From Daphnia carinata (lineage: Eukaryota), in the NCBI RefSeq assembly GCF_022539665.2, contig NC_081331.1, forward strand, positions 2,666,001-2,730,000: a stretch of DNA of 64,000 nt, read 5' to 3'. The position numbers were made by a program, and so were the translations under genes. Below are positions 29,399 through 40,687 of the stretch, in pieces; the first letter of the stretch is position 1; every line of letters starts with the position of its first letter. Below the pieces are notes generated by a model, which was given only the letters and a program-made list of their open reading frames with translations, had not been told where the DNA came from and did no database searches.

Positions 29399-31250
29399 AA
29401 CTTATTGAAAGTCTGCCTATCTTTTGCGTGAATAAGATATCAGACATCGGACTTATAGTGTGCTACTACCTAGAGTACTACTACTAGCCTACACCAACTA
29501 CTACATATATTATAGCTGGCCTCTGTACAAAGTATAGCGAACACAACAAACAACAAGTAAGACGGCCCTTTTCGTTCGTTTTTTTTTTTCGCTTTGATTG
29601 CCGACAACCCAAACAAAGAAAAGCCTTTTAACAAGCGTATAGACGTGTTGTTTCCGAGGCTCTATTCCCACACCAAAACTTTGGCTAATCTCTACCTTTC
29701 CCCCTAAAAAAAAGAATCCCAAATCTTCTCGTTAATTAATGGCCGATCGACGGATAGATTTGATTTCATTAAAAGAAGCAAAAAAAATTTTTTAAAAAGA
29801 ATCCCCAATCCTGTGCCTTGGCCGGCTGCCTTTTGCAAGCCATATATATAATTTCTTTTAGCTTTCCCCCCCCCCCCCCCCCGTTCCTTCTTTTTATTCT
29901 TCTGCTTAACGGAGTCATATCAGCGTCATTCCTTATTAATCCTTTCTTCGAAAATGAAGAAACAAAAATAAAAAAAACAAAAAACGAAACAAATTCGTAG
30001 AAGAGAAAGAACATGCCGTGTGTCAAAATCCTCTTCAATATTTGATAATAAAGAAAAAGGTGGGAGAGAAAGAGAGAGGACGAAACAAATGTGACAGTTC
30101 TCTATGTGTCTATAGTTTCGCTCCCGTTATTTTTGCAGGTGCCCAGACGCCTCTAAAAAAGATGAAAAAAAAAGAAACATGTAGCACTAGAGAAGTTGAT
30201 AAAAGAAAAAAAAGCATTCCATTATTTATGCAATGATTTATAGAATTCTTTGGGCGCATGTGGTACACAGATGTTCTTTGCCACTGTGTGTCTTCCTAGA
30301 AATCTTTGTTGTCCCCAAGAAAACTGCCCGAATTTTGTATTCATATTTCACACGAACGTACTCCAATTCTATATCGCCCTCACCAAACCCAATCTGATGA
30401 TGATGTTGCCTTTTTCGACGATATAACGTGTTTCTATTCCGTACATTGTTTAAGTTTCCAATTCTTAGTAGTAATCACCTTGTATTTGTACGTATGTGTG
30501 CGTGTGTCCTTTTTTTTCTTCTATCGTACATTTTTTGAAAAACATTTTCTCATAACACCTCACACTCTGTCTCTGAGTCATCCCTAGTCACTATCTAAAA
30601 TATCCCACCCACACTTTTATAGTTGCCTAACTCCCACCCAAACTACTATTACCCAAAGTATCGCACTCGACTTAGAATACGTCGACAGTTGCAAAATAGC
30701 CCAATTGGGTCCGTCACGGAAAAAAAGAAATGAAAGAAAACGAAAGAGAAACGATATCTTGATTCGAATCGCACTTCTTTTTTAAAAAATATGGTTTCCG
30801 TTTTAAATGTCTGTAGGAGGAAAAATTGCTGCACTTGGCTTGTTATCTTTCCCGCCCTAGAACATCCTTGGAATCTTCCATTCCACAACATTGAAAAAGC
30901 ACTTTTGTTTTCCTTCAGACCACCCCGATTTTTTTAAAGATTTTTTTTCAACAACTAAATTTACATGTTTCTTATAGCACTGTGCACAATTTTGTCGTCC
31001 CTCTTATTACCGATGGTATTTCTTTTTTCTCTCTCACTCTCATTCTCCCAAATATTTCCTGAATAACAAATACACCTTATTATATAACTGGCAGTTAAGT
31101 AGTCATTCTTCTTTTTATTACTGGAATAGGTCTCGTAAGAATTTGCAAGTTGAAAAAAAAAATAATACATTTTGGGTTATTAAAATAAGAAAGGCAAATC
31201 CTAGTGGATCCGAAATTGGCAAAGTTCAACAAGTACAAACAAATTTAGTC

Positions 31251-32790
31251 TCAAACTTCGACCGTCCAGTCGACGACCATGCCAGGAACTTTTCCCTTCA
31301 CATCGTTTAGTTTCGGGTTTTCGGTACGAGTATGCCAAACGTACACCTGGAATCACGAGAGTAAGTCAAACACATTTTGAATGCAAAACCCGTAGCTAGA
31401 TGGGAGTAGTTTACCTTGGTGCACTTGCTGGCTTTGGGTTCAAGGTTCTCTTTTGTAACAACCGCCCCCAGGATAGTGGATTCTTGGTAACCTCTCGGTG
31501 CGTCAAAAGAAAACTCTGCATCAGGATTGTCGAGCAATAACCTAAAAAAAAAAAAAAGGAACTGGTGAGGAACAAAACCCGATAAGCGTACAAAGTAAAG
31601 CCGTACTTTAAATTGATGGCGAAACCCGCCATATCAATGGCAAATGGACGTTCAGGTCTCCAGCCTGTTGACCAGTTAGCCACTTTATCATGCTCGTCGA
31701 GTATCGGTCTTTCAAAGCGCACATTTCCTACAAGACCAACAGGCCAAACGGAGACTGTCTTGGTGGTTCTCATCTAAATGTTTGACGAAATGGTTACTTA
31801 CATAAAAAACTAAAAACTGGAAAGAAGAAACTATCAAGAATTGTTCTCGTAATCTGGGATAGTGAATATATATTTATGAAGACCTCTTCAAAAAGTTCTA
31901 GACTGTAAGTGTTATCATCATCGGCGAAAAAAACAACGGCTGGTTTCCGAGGATCTGCGTGATTCCGAAGCCATTGGAGGGCCGCGTTTCGTTGTTTGAC
32001 TCCACGAGGTTTCTTCCACTGTGGGTCCTACAAACAATAATTTTTGTGACAGCGGGCTGCACATTTTGATGACGAAATTGGATTTCAATTTACATCCAAG
32101 AGTAATTTCCATTCTTTTGGAGTTTCTGCATTTAAATGTGTATAAGAAAGCCCAGATTGAGCCAACAAATTTGTGACTAATGGAGTCCTGGTTTCACCAT
32201 CCTCAACAACAATCCAGTGAAAATTTGGAATAAGGAGAAATGTTTGAGATATCCTGTATGAACACAAGTAAATTGGACACATGGTGTTTCAGCTACTCAA
32301 AGTTTACTGGTTTCTTTAATAAAAAATACCTGGTAAGCTCGGCTTTTTGAAGTGGTCTAGTATGGGTAGGAGTAATTGCGAAAATGGTTGGCAAGCTCTC
32401 AAGGTTTTCATATGGGTTAGCAATTCCATTTTTAGCCAGTAGAATTTTTAGTCTACCAACCTGAAAAATCAAATAGAACAATGAGCAAAATATTATTCAG
32501 AACATTCCAAACTACCTAAGCTCTATGTAAATGATTACCTGAGCTCGGAGTTGCTTCAACTGTGTCGATACAACCTTGCTATCATCTAATGCTGAATAAA
32601 TACCAGGATCTGGTAGGTTAACTATCAAAGAAATTTATTCAAACAAACTATTAGTTTTTTTTAGTTTTTCTTTTATTGTAATCTTTGTCTTACCCATGAG
32701 CTTCAGTCCCAGCATGACACAGAATATTACGAGTGCGGTGAATACAAGGAAACGAACCGATTTAATATTGACAGATCTTGGCGACAACAT
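31251..32790 (-). CDS. GlcAT-I: Galactosylgalactosylxylosylprotein 3-beta-glucuronosyltransferase I (GT43; B3GAT3-like). Exons 32790-32694, 32621-32539, 32460-32330, 32253-32094, 32027-31884, 31773-31607, 31541-31415, 31346-31251
   Basis: N-terminal type II transmembrane anchor, then GT43 motifs [82 protein letters not shown] and VYVWHTRTE. All introns are GT-AG and in frame. Confidence 0.93.
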
Positions 32791-34616
32791 TTCTGCTACA
32801 CTAAAGAACTACCACTATTTTCACCTCTCTTGCTACATTAGCCACTGCAGAACACAGTAAATTCACTACGACTTACAAGACGAAAAAAATAAACTGAAAG
32901 GAGACAATTACTTCTGGAATTCAACTTTCATCATCGCTGCAAGGCTATTTGTTGTCTCAATACCTTCAGGCCATTGGCTAGCTGCAGACGATTTTTGTTT
33001 TGCTCCAAGCGTCTATTATCCACAGTGAGTCAGAAAGAAACACTTGTACACATATACCATCCACAGTCATAGGCACACATGCGGTCCTAGATAGGTCCTT
33101 GATGTGCAACATTTTGTGTCATGCAAGATCTTTTGTGCCCTGAAAGCGAGCAGAAAACGGGTTGTCAAAACTGTAGGTATTTTTACTCTTTATACGTGCA
33201 AACCTGTTTAAACAAAATGTTTTTTTTTTAGTGGGCTTCAGGAAAAAGCCCGGACGTATGGACACGATTTGCTTGTTTTAAGAATTAGGTTCCACTTTCA
33301 CAAACTTTTCAACCATGGAATAATTTTTGAAAACTTATTGTGCGGTTCAGCTCGGCAGTAATCTGACAGATAGACATCAAGTTGTCCTCTTTACCGAATG
33401 AAGTAAACTATGAAGTAATATCTAACAATTTTATAACCTAAGGTTTTCTTTTTTTTTTGTTTTTTTTTTGTTCGTTGTTTAATGGGGCAATAATTTTGTC
33501 ATTTCGTTTAACATTAGCCTTAGTTGTCCGTTCTTCTTTCAAAGAAATATTACCAGCTTTTAATGAAACTCCTAAAACTTGACTCAAATAACCAAGGCTA
33601 GGATTGTTTAAGGCAAAAAATATAACACACCAAATTGTTTTGCTAATTTCCCGATAGGGATTCTGTTCAAGACAGAATACATGTACTGTACGAATAGTAC
33701 GCTACCGAACCCTGTTTTAACGATATTTCAGTCAACAGATGACGCTATTCTGTAATAAGGATTCGACACAGGTTTCCGGTGGTTTCAAAAATCTTTTATT
33801 CGTTTAATCGATTGTCGCCCAGCGGCTCCCGAACAAGAGTCGTTGTATAGCTGACATGATGGCGCAATGCAACGTCATATTTTCTGCTTTTAACTGACTT
33901 AATAAGGGTTGACGCCGCAAAGAAGCCCAATTTTTAGGACTGGCCGAGTGTTCGTGGCCCCTGCTTTATGGCGCTAGATCCCTTCCACGATATTTTCTAC
34001 CATGGGTGAAAAAGTCGGGTTTATTTTCTTTGTCGGGCTTAATTTTGAGTGTAACAAAAATCCAGTCTTGTAATTTTAACATTTAATTTGATTTAAAGTA
34101 ACCTGAAATAAAACGTTTATTTCAGGAAAAATATTAGTTTTCTTGTTAAACCAGCCGTTTTTGTAAAAAATAGAACTAATGCGTTGCTAGCGCGCCAGCA
34201 TTTTGCTTCCGTTTATTGAAAAAAAAACAGTTGCTTTGACTAGAAAACAAACCACTTTATCGGAATCAGCGCTTAATTTGGGTTGTATAGTGTAATTTTT
34301 ATCGGCTTTTAAGAGTTTTTGGTTTTTTTCCGGATTTTGACAAAAGTGGGAAGGCCTTCTCACTTTTTCGTTTTTGACCAAAATTTAGATTTCGTTAAAA
34401 ATACGTTATTTTGATTCGAAATTGAATGAGAGTTACAAAAATGGAGTTTATTTGTATTAAACGTAAAAATCAAAAAAAGAAAGTTGAGTCGCTAATAGCA
34501 CTTTTTATTTTGTTTCATTTTTAAAACTGTCTGATTTAATGAAAAAACTAATAATTTCTTCATTCAGTACATTCTACTCACGACCAGTTCGTTTTTACTT
34601 AGAATGGATATTTCAA

Positions 34617-34739
34617 GAGTCACTCATTGCCGGGCTCACTGCCGGATAGTACCGGCGCGTTGCATTAAACAATGTTTTTAATTTTTGGTTCTCTACTTTA
34701 ATAGCATCTTCTGGTAGGGAACCGGTCAATGAGTAACTC
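34617..34739. mobile_element. Small MITE-like element (possibly Kolobok-type)
   Basis: Imperfect terminal inverted repeats GAGTCACTCATTG-CCGG ... CCGGTCAATGAGTAACTC, flanked by TCAA (left) and TTAA (right). This fits a decayed TTAA target duplication. Confidence 0.45.
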
Positions 34740-35067
34740 TTAAAAGCGGGCCGAATCACGCGTAAACAGCACTAACTCTTAAAATGGGTTACGATTTTTC
34801 GTGTCGGCTTGTCCACAGGCAGTTCGGCGCAGTGTAGCGAAGACAGTGCCATCTGCGAAATTTAAGGCAAGCTGCTTCGTTACATTGCCGTGCTGTTCTG
34901 ATTGACAACACAAATACCTAACTGACTATCAATCACCACTAACCACCCCGTGAAAGCGAATTTAATACATTATCAGTTTCGGTAAGCTCAATTATTTGCA
35001 ATTAAGTATCACGAGATTGGCACACTAAAATGAATAACATCCCCTTTTGTATTGTGTCAGCAGAGGT

Positions 35068-35718
35068 ATGGATGAATATACAATTTCTGCACCCAATGAA
35101 ACTCATTATGAAGCTATTGGAAATTTCCTTTTTCAAGATTATTTACAACGTGAGAGATGCTGTGTTACTTCTGGGTTATCTGCTGAAATGGCAGAAGCAG
35201 GTCTTGATTTGACAAGCAACACTGTTGATGAGATAATCGGTGCCCTACAGGAAGGTTTAACCCTCATTGCTGCAGACAGCAAGGACCCAGGAACAATAGT
35301 TGGCGTAGCCATAAATGTGAAAGCCAAGGATGACACTGAATTTGACAGCTCTAAGCTTTCTAAAAGCAGACAAGCTATTATAAAGTTCGTTAAACAACTC
35401 AAGGAGGGGCACGATATTACCACAGAATGTGGTGGTCAAGGTTTCTATTTATGGATGCTTGGTGTAAGGGAGATTCACTGTCGAAAAGGAATTGCTAGGA
35501 GATTGACTGAGAAATCAATTGAATTGGCTCGTCAGAAGAACATGTCATTCATCAGCAGTATTGCTTCCTGTGCTGAAACCGTGCACCTGTGTGAAAATAT
35601 GGGTTTTGAAACAAAATCTGAGATGAAATTTCAAGATTTTTTTTTGGATAACCATATGCCTGGATTTCCTCACGCAACATCTTTAGACAAAGCAAGATTT
35701 ACGGTAAAAAAATTGTAA
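35068..35718 (+). CDS. Insect-type arylalkylamine/dopamine N-acetyltransferase-like GNAT protein (copy 1, single coding exon)
   Basis: 216-aa ORF from ATG 35068. It has GLTLIAAD..IVGVAIN, the acetyl-CoA motif YLWMLGVREIHCRKGIARRLTEKSIELAR, and C-terminal ENMGFETKSEMKFQDF typical of iaaNAT proteins. Confidence 0.85.
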   Translation: MDEYTISAPNETHYEAIGNFLFQDYLQRERCCVTSGLSAEMAEAGLDLTSNTVDEIIGALQEGLTLIAADSKDPGTIVGVAINVKAKDDTEFDSSKLSKSRQAIIKFVKQLKEGHDITTECGGQGFYLWMLGVREIHCRKGIARRLTEKSIELARQKNMSFISSIASCAETVHLCENMGFETKSEMKFQDFFLDNHMPGFPHATSLDKARFTVKKL

Positions 35719-35833
35719 GCCAGTTATCGTTATTTAGGATACAAATTTGTGGATGAATGTCAGTGTACGAAATATATTTTAAATGTGAGAAGATTTCATC
35801 CGTGGTAATAATTTCGTTACATTTAACGTCTAT

Positions 35834-36047
35834 GGCAATCCGTTTTACCCCCCAAAAAAAACTAAATAAATATCGGCCTTTTTTTTCTATTTCACTGCTA
35901 TCTATGGCAATCCATTTTACCCACCCCCAAAAAAAAGCGCCCTTTTTTTCTATTGCACTGCTACCGCCATCTAACGGTGGGTAACAGTAAAACAGAAAGT
36001 AAGGCCAATATTTTTTTTTTTGGGGGGGGGGGGTAAAACGGATTGCC
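35834..36047. mobile_element. MITE unit with GGCAATCCGTTTTACCCCCC terminal inverted repeats. Partial copies at ~35905, 36096-36177 and 42013-42103
   Basis: AT|GGCAATCCGTTTTACCCCCC ... GGGGGGTAAAACGGATTGCC|AT. GG..CC termini with flanking AT are compatible with ISL2EU/PIF-Harbinger-related elements (the family assignment is inference). Confidence 0.65.
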
Positions 36048-36771
36048 ATATATTGCATCAGATTTACCCATTCGCCAACCCAAGTGCGCATATATGGCAA
36101 TCCGTTTTACCCAAAAAAAAAAAAAAAAAATTTTGACCTTTTTTTTCTTTTTTACAGCTATAGCCATCTATCGGCCAGATTCCTACTTAATTTTCTAAAT
36201 ACAACTTTACGAATTCTAGCCATATAAATATATAATTTTTTTAATTAATAACTTTATTTCATTAAAATATAACGATACAATAATTATTTTGTTATATTCT
36301 ACTTACTTAACTTCATTATTATTACTATAAACTATTAACTTTCCATTTTGTGTTGTAGCAATTATAACGAATGTAATTCTAATAGCAATGAGAATAATTG
36401 CTTGTTTTAGGTATAAATAATATGTTTGAGTAATATAAAGTCATTATTGGTTGTTGCGATGTGAAAATAATACACAATGACGTCTTTATATTACTCAAAC
36501 ATATTAATTTTCTTAAGTTAAATTATCATTTGGATAAGTACTTTAAATGTTTAAAAACATTTAGTTTATGGCGGATAAAATTTCTCGTAATGACTTTTGC
36601 GTCCACAAGAGGCGCCTTAAACCGTGGCTCATCGGACAGTTTTTTTTCAGGCATATTTTTAGATTGGCTTAACGCGTGTAGTCTGCTGTCTACCTTTACT
36701 CGCTAGATTTTACTTCTTGACCTCTCTATATAATCTTATTTGTTTCATTCTGTTCTACATTTTTTCTGTCC

Positions 36772-38710
36772 AGGGTCACAAGGTAAGTGTTTTCTTGTAT
36801 TCCTAGTGTGATTACTTTAAACTATGGTTTTGTTTAACAGTGTGAAGGACATTTTGCAAGAGTGTCCACAAGCTGGTGGGGGCGGCGGTAGTGGTCCGTT
36901 GACGTCACAAAGTAAGATGAAAATATCGAAACATGTGTTCGAACTTAACTTCTTGGTGCTTTTCATAGTATGGGGAAGGGGGACATTTCTCGAAGGATTG
37001 TCCACAAGAGGGTCGCGGCGGTGGTGGAAGTCGTACCTGCCATGAGATAAACAAAAAACAAAAAAAAAACATCATTTTTAGTGCTCATTTTTAACGAAGA
37101 AGAGGGCAATATAGCAAGGGATTTTCCTCAAGGAGGAAGCGTTGGTGGCAACAATTGTTACGATGTAAACATCAATTATATCTTTACAAAAATATTTCAT
37201 GTTCCAGTGTTCATTGTTTTACTCCTAGTGTAATGAAGCTGACCACACCTCGAAAGGCTGGCCGAATCTCTTCAGTGAATTGACGGAAGATGCAAAGCCA
37301 CATGAGCAATACATTCCAGAAGCTGTGACATGCTATGAAAAGGAACTGCTTAAGGGCATTGTCTATGTGGGAACGCTTTATTCCGGAACGCTTTGTCTAT
37401 GACGGGAAAGTCGTCCTCCATGTAAGCCATTTCTCGAAACTGTATTTTAAAAAAAATATCTATTGTGTTTGCTTTAGGCTACAGGAAAAGATGTACTTCA
37501 ATACATAACATCATTCGAAGAAGCCGGCCTGCACCAACTACTACTTCAAAACATTAAGAATTCTGGCTACATAAAACCAACACCTGTTCAGAAAGCTTCA
37601 GTTGTAGTTATTCTTGCCAAAAGAGGTTTAATTGCTTGTGCGGTCACGGGCACCGGAAAACGGTAATCCAACTAATTAACGCTGTATAATTTTGAAACCT
37701 TGATGCCCTCGTACTGACTTGATTCGAATGGGTCGGTGTGAACTGGGTAAGTTGAAGTAAAAGTAATTTTGAGTGGGCACGCCGATGATTGCGACTACTA
37801 AAAGGTCCAATTGCATCTAAGATACTCAACAAACCCTTCGTGATATTCGTTGATTAAGTCATCTAAAATTTTACATTTTTTCATGCAGGCGGCGTACTTG
37901 GTACCGGCTATGAACATATTGTTAGAACAAGGTGTTGTTGGTGCGCCTCATGCCATGGGGCAAAAGCCAGAAGTTGTAATTGTCGCACCTACTCGTGAGT
38001 TGGCCATTCAAATTCATCGCGAGGCGTGTAAATTCTCCTACAGTTCGGTTTTAAAGTACGTGATTATATATGGAGGAACTCTCACGAGCCATCAGCGATC
38101 AAATCTTCAAGCTGGGTGCAATATTTTTGTCGCGACCGCGGGGCGATTCAATGATTTTCTCGACCGTGAAGTATTTGACTTCTCGGGAGTCAGGTTTTAA
38201 ATTTTGGACGAATCTGATCGAATGCTTGATGGGTTTCGGTCCCAATGTTGAAAAAATTGTCAATCATCCAACGATGCATCCGAAAGTATGTCCTCGATGG
38301 CTTCCAAGTATGAGATTTGACTGATGTAATACTATTTGTTTCTCTGGAGGGAATCCGTCGTGTTTGTATGTTTTCGGCTACATTCCCAGATGAAGTGCAA
38401 GAGCTGGCTGCGACGTACATGGAAGACTACATATTCGTCAAAACAGGCATTGTCGGTGGCACCAATCCGGGTGTTGAACAGCTGTTTTTTCAGTGCTCGA
38501 AAAGAGATAAGAGAGCTAAGCTGATCGAAGTTTTTCAAGATCTCGTTGGTGCCAAGACTGTCTTTTTTGTCAACAGCAAAAAGACCGCGGATTTCGTCGC
38601 TGCATTCTCGTGCAATAACAACTTACAAGTAAGAATCAAAACTGTTGGAATTGGGCAAAGTGTCTTAACTTAAAATGTCTAGTCTTACCAGCATCCATGG
38701 TGAGCGTAAA
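36772..38710 (+). pseudogene. vas: Intron-containing, 3'-truncated vasa (DDX4) pseudogene
   Basis: Decayed CCHC knuckles with Gly-rich spacers (GHF..ECPQAGGGGGSG; GHFSKDCPQEGRGGGGSRTCH), Q motif SGYIKPTPVQK, ACAVTGTGK (frameshifted), APTRELAIQI and YGGT. In-frame TAA at 38198-38200 just before ILDESDRML (DEAD changed to DESD), a frameshift after it, then MFSATFP, IVGGTN, FVNSKKTADF and TSIHGER. It ends before motifs V/VI. Confidence 0.9.
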
Positions 38711-38983
38711 CGAAAATCGTAAATGTCTCTTCTGAAGCTTCTGACAGAAGAATATGCTCGATCAACTCACGAATCATGTAAGGTATGAACTATATATATG
38801 AATTAAAGTTTTTATGCCTAATGGTGTTTTACTGTCTTATTATAGATGAACAATAAATTTTGATCTGAAAAGGTTTCTTGTTTGGGGCAAGGTCCTGAAT
38901 AAATTATTATGTTTGGATACACTACATGGAATTTCCATACTTTCATTCAGATTCTCATTTAAAAACGGTATTAAATTTTTCAT

Positions 38984-39333
38984 AAATTGAAGTGCATATC
39001 TGGGCTCCCTTCCTTTCCGTAGCCCCGTTTCCCCTTGACTCGTAATAAGCCCGTAGGGGGTCATGCCCCTACTGTACGGTATATATAAAAATAACATATA
39101 CCGAGGTTTGGAGGGCTCTGGCCGGAAAGGGGACGTGGGGTGCCGCTTCGTCCGATGATGTGTTCACGGAGGGTGACGTGGCTGCCCACAAATCCGAACT
39201 AAAGGTTAATCGCTCCTGTAAAAATGTTCCAAATCTTCAGCTCTTCTTCCGGCTTCTCTTAGCCAATCACCGGGTAATCTCCCCGGTGGGTCAACAAGGC
39301 AGTGTCTCCCCCTGCCTGGGTTGACGGCAACTT
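38984..39333 (-). ncRNA. Candidate structured ncRNA of unknown family, copy A (identical to copy B)
   Basis: Mirror copy in the left arm. It ends TCAATTT, with a T5 run about 20 nt further downstream instead of T6. Confidence 0.45.
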
Positions 39334-39486
39334 TTGAAAGGGCTATTGTGCCTTTTTAAAGTTGCAAAAATAATTCTAATGTGCAGAGAATTGTCAATAA
39401 ATTTTTTTTTATAAAATATTTTTTCCAAAATTTGTTTCTTTCATTGTCTGTTTTCGCTGTGTTCACACATTATATTTGTCAACTTT
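38984..39486. repeat. Left arm of a 503-bp perfect inverted repeat (partner 40185-40687)
   Basis: Reverse-complement identity in every segment compared by eye. Both ends mirror exactly (38984+40687 = 39486+40185). Spacer 698 bp. Confidence 0.95.
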
Positions 39487-39637
39487 GATGGTAAGCATTG
39501 CTTCCATTGGTTTATCATTCATCTGTAAGTGTTCAATTATTATTTGATACACTCTTTGAATTCTTCAACTTAGATTCAAGGAACGACGTGTAATACCTGT
39601 ATATTATCTGAAGTAATTTTGTATATGTATTTAATTT

Positions 39638-39708
39638 TACTCGTATGGGAATCGATCCCCAGACATTCAGCGTGTAACGCCGATGCTCTAACATTGAGCC
39701 ACGAGATA
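39638..39708 (-). tRNA. tRNA-like element or pseudo-tRNA (Val-TAC-like loop)
   Basis: Minus strand reads CTCGTGGCTCAATGTTAGAGCATCGGCGTTACACGCTGAATGTCTGGGGATCGATTCCCATACGAG. It has a D arm GCTC/GAGC, an anticodon stem TCGGC/GCTGA with loop GTTACAC, and a degenerate B box. The cloverleaf is imperfect. Confidence 0.55.
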
Positions 39709-39804
39709 TATACAAATTTTTCATTATCGCATATCATATGTTATCGTCTAGGATGTTTATGCAGTCCTTCACAACTATATGTTTATTTGTCTATTGCTTT
39801 CACA

Positions 39805-39872
39805 AGGTCCATGGCTTTGTGGTAGAGTCTTTAGCTGCAATATCTGTTACCCTGGGTTCAAACCTCAGTAGA
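39805..39872 (+). tRNA. Highly degenerate tRNA-like remnant
   Basis: A-box-like TGGCTTTGTGGTAGAG and B box GGTTCAAACC at tRNA spacing. The anticodon arm is decayed. Confidence 0.4.
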
Positions 39873-39991
39873 TGTTTAAAAATGAAGCAGAAAATATATA
39901 GAAAAGAATATTCCAGTTTTGCATTTCAGTTTTATTCTAAGTGTAAATGCAAGTCCGCAAGTGACTAGAAAAAAGCCAACTCGACATTATA

Positions 39992-40060
39992 TGATCCATG
40001 GCTCATTGGTAGAGCATCGGCGCGGTACGCCGAACATCCAGGGTTCGATCTCTGGATAAT
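39992..40060 (+). tRNA. tRNA-like element or pseudo-tRNA, paralogous to 39638-39708
   Basis: TGGCTCATTGGTAGAGCATCGGCGCGGTACGCCGAACATCCAGGGTTCGATCTCTGG has an A box, a D arm, a TCGGC/GCCGA stem and B box GGTTCGATC. The acceptor stem is broken. Confidence 0.55.
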
Positions 40061-40184
40061 AACTGAATGCTTATAAATAAACAATAAACCAATGGAAACA
40101 ATACTTACCATCAAACTTGGCAAAATGCTTCCCATCAAAGGTGTCAAAAACAATAATGGTGAATTGAGCAAGCTAAATAAAAAA

Positions 40185-40687
40185 AAAGTTGACAAATATA
40201 ATGTGTGAACACAGCGAAAACAGACAATGAAAGAAACAAATTTTGGAAAAAATATTTTATAAAAAAAAATTTATTGACAATTCTCTGCACATTAGAATTA
40301 TTTTTGCAACTTTAAAAAGGCACAATAGCCCTTTCAAAAGTTGCCGTCAACCCAGGCAGGGGGAGACACTGCCTTGTTGACCCACCGGGGAGATTACCCG
40401 GTGATTGGCTAAGAGAAGCCGGAAGAAGAGCTGAAGATTTGGAACATTTTTACAGGAGCGATTAACCTTTAGTTCGGATTTGTGGGCAGCCACGTCACCC
40501 TCCGTGAACACATCATCGGACGAAGCGGCACCCCACGTCCCCTTTCCGGCCAGAGCCCTCCAAACCTCGGTATATGTTATTTTTATATATACCGTACAGT
40601 AGGGGCATGACCCCCTACGGGCTTATTACGAGTCAAGGGGAAACGGGGCTACGGAAAGGAAGGGAGCCCAGATATGCACTTCAATTT
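40185..40687. repeat. Right arm of the 503-bp perfect inverted repeat (partner 38984-39486)
   Basis: As for the left arm. Diverged homology continues inward (39484-39546 vs 40052-40115) and outward (~38723-38983 vs ~40688-40925). Confidence 0.95.
40278..40318 (+). promoter_or_regulatory. U6-type (type 3 Pol III) promoter-like geometry; mirror copy at 39353-39393 (-)
   Basis: CAATTCTC (cf. Drosophila U6 PSEA start TAATTCTC) opens a 21-bp window at 40278-40298. A 12-bp spacer follows, then TTTAAAAA at 40311-40318, ~29 nt before the structured island. The Daphnia PSE consensus is not known to me. Confidence 0.4.

Noticed and set aside
35831..36180. Repeated ATGGCAATCCGTTTTACCC units as a CRISPR-like array
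   Set aside because: Eukaryotic context, mixed orientation and related rather than unique spacers; better explained as transposon termini.
39140..39200. CCGATGA as a hammerhead ribozyme core
   Set aside because: Not CTGATGA, and no correctly placed GAAA or stems.
38988..39335. Reading the island on the opposite strand as 7SK (starts GAAGTG, ends CTTTT)
   Set aside because: No GAUC motifs, no M1/M8 arrangement, and wobble pairs favour the other strand.
40636..40652. AAACGGGGCTAC resembling the RNase MRP CR-V element
   Set aside because: The required 5' partner GAAAGUCCCC is absent, and the segment pairs locally with AGCCC.
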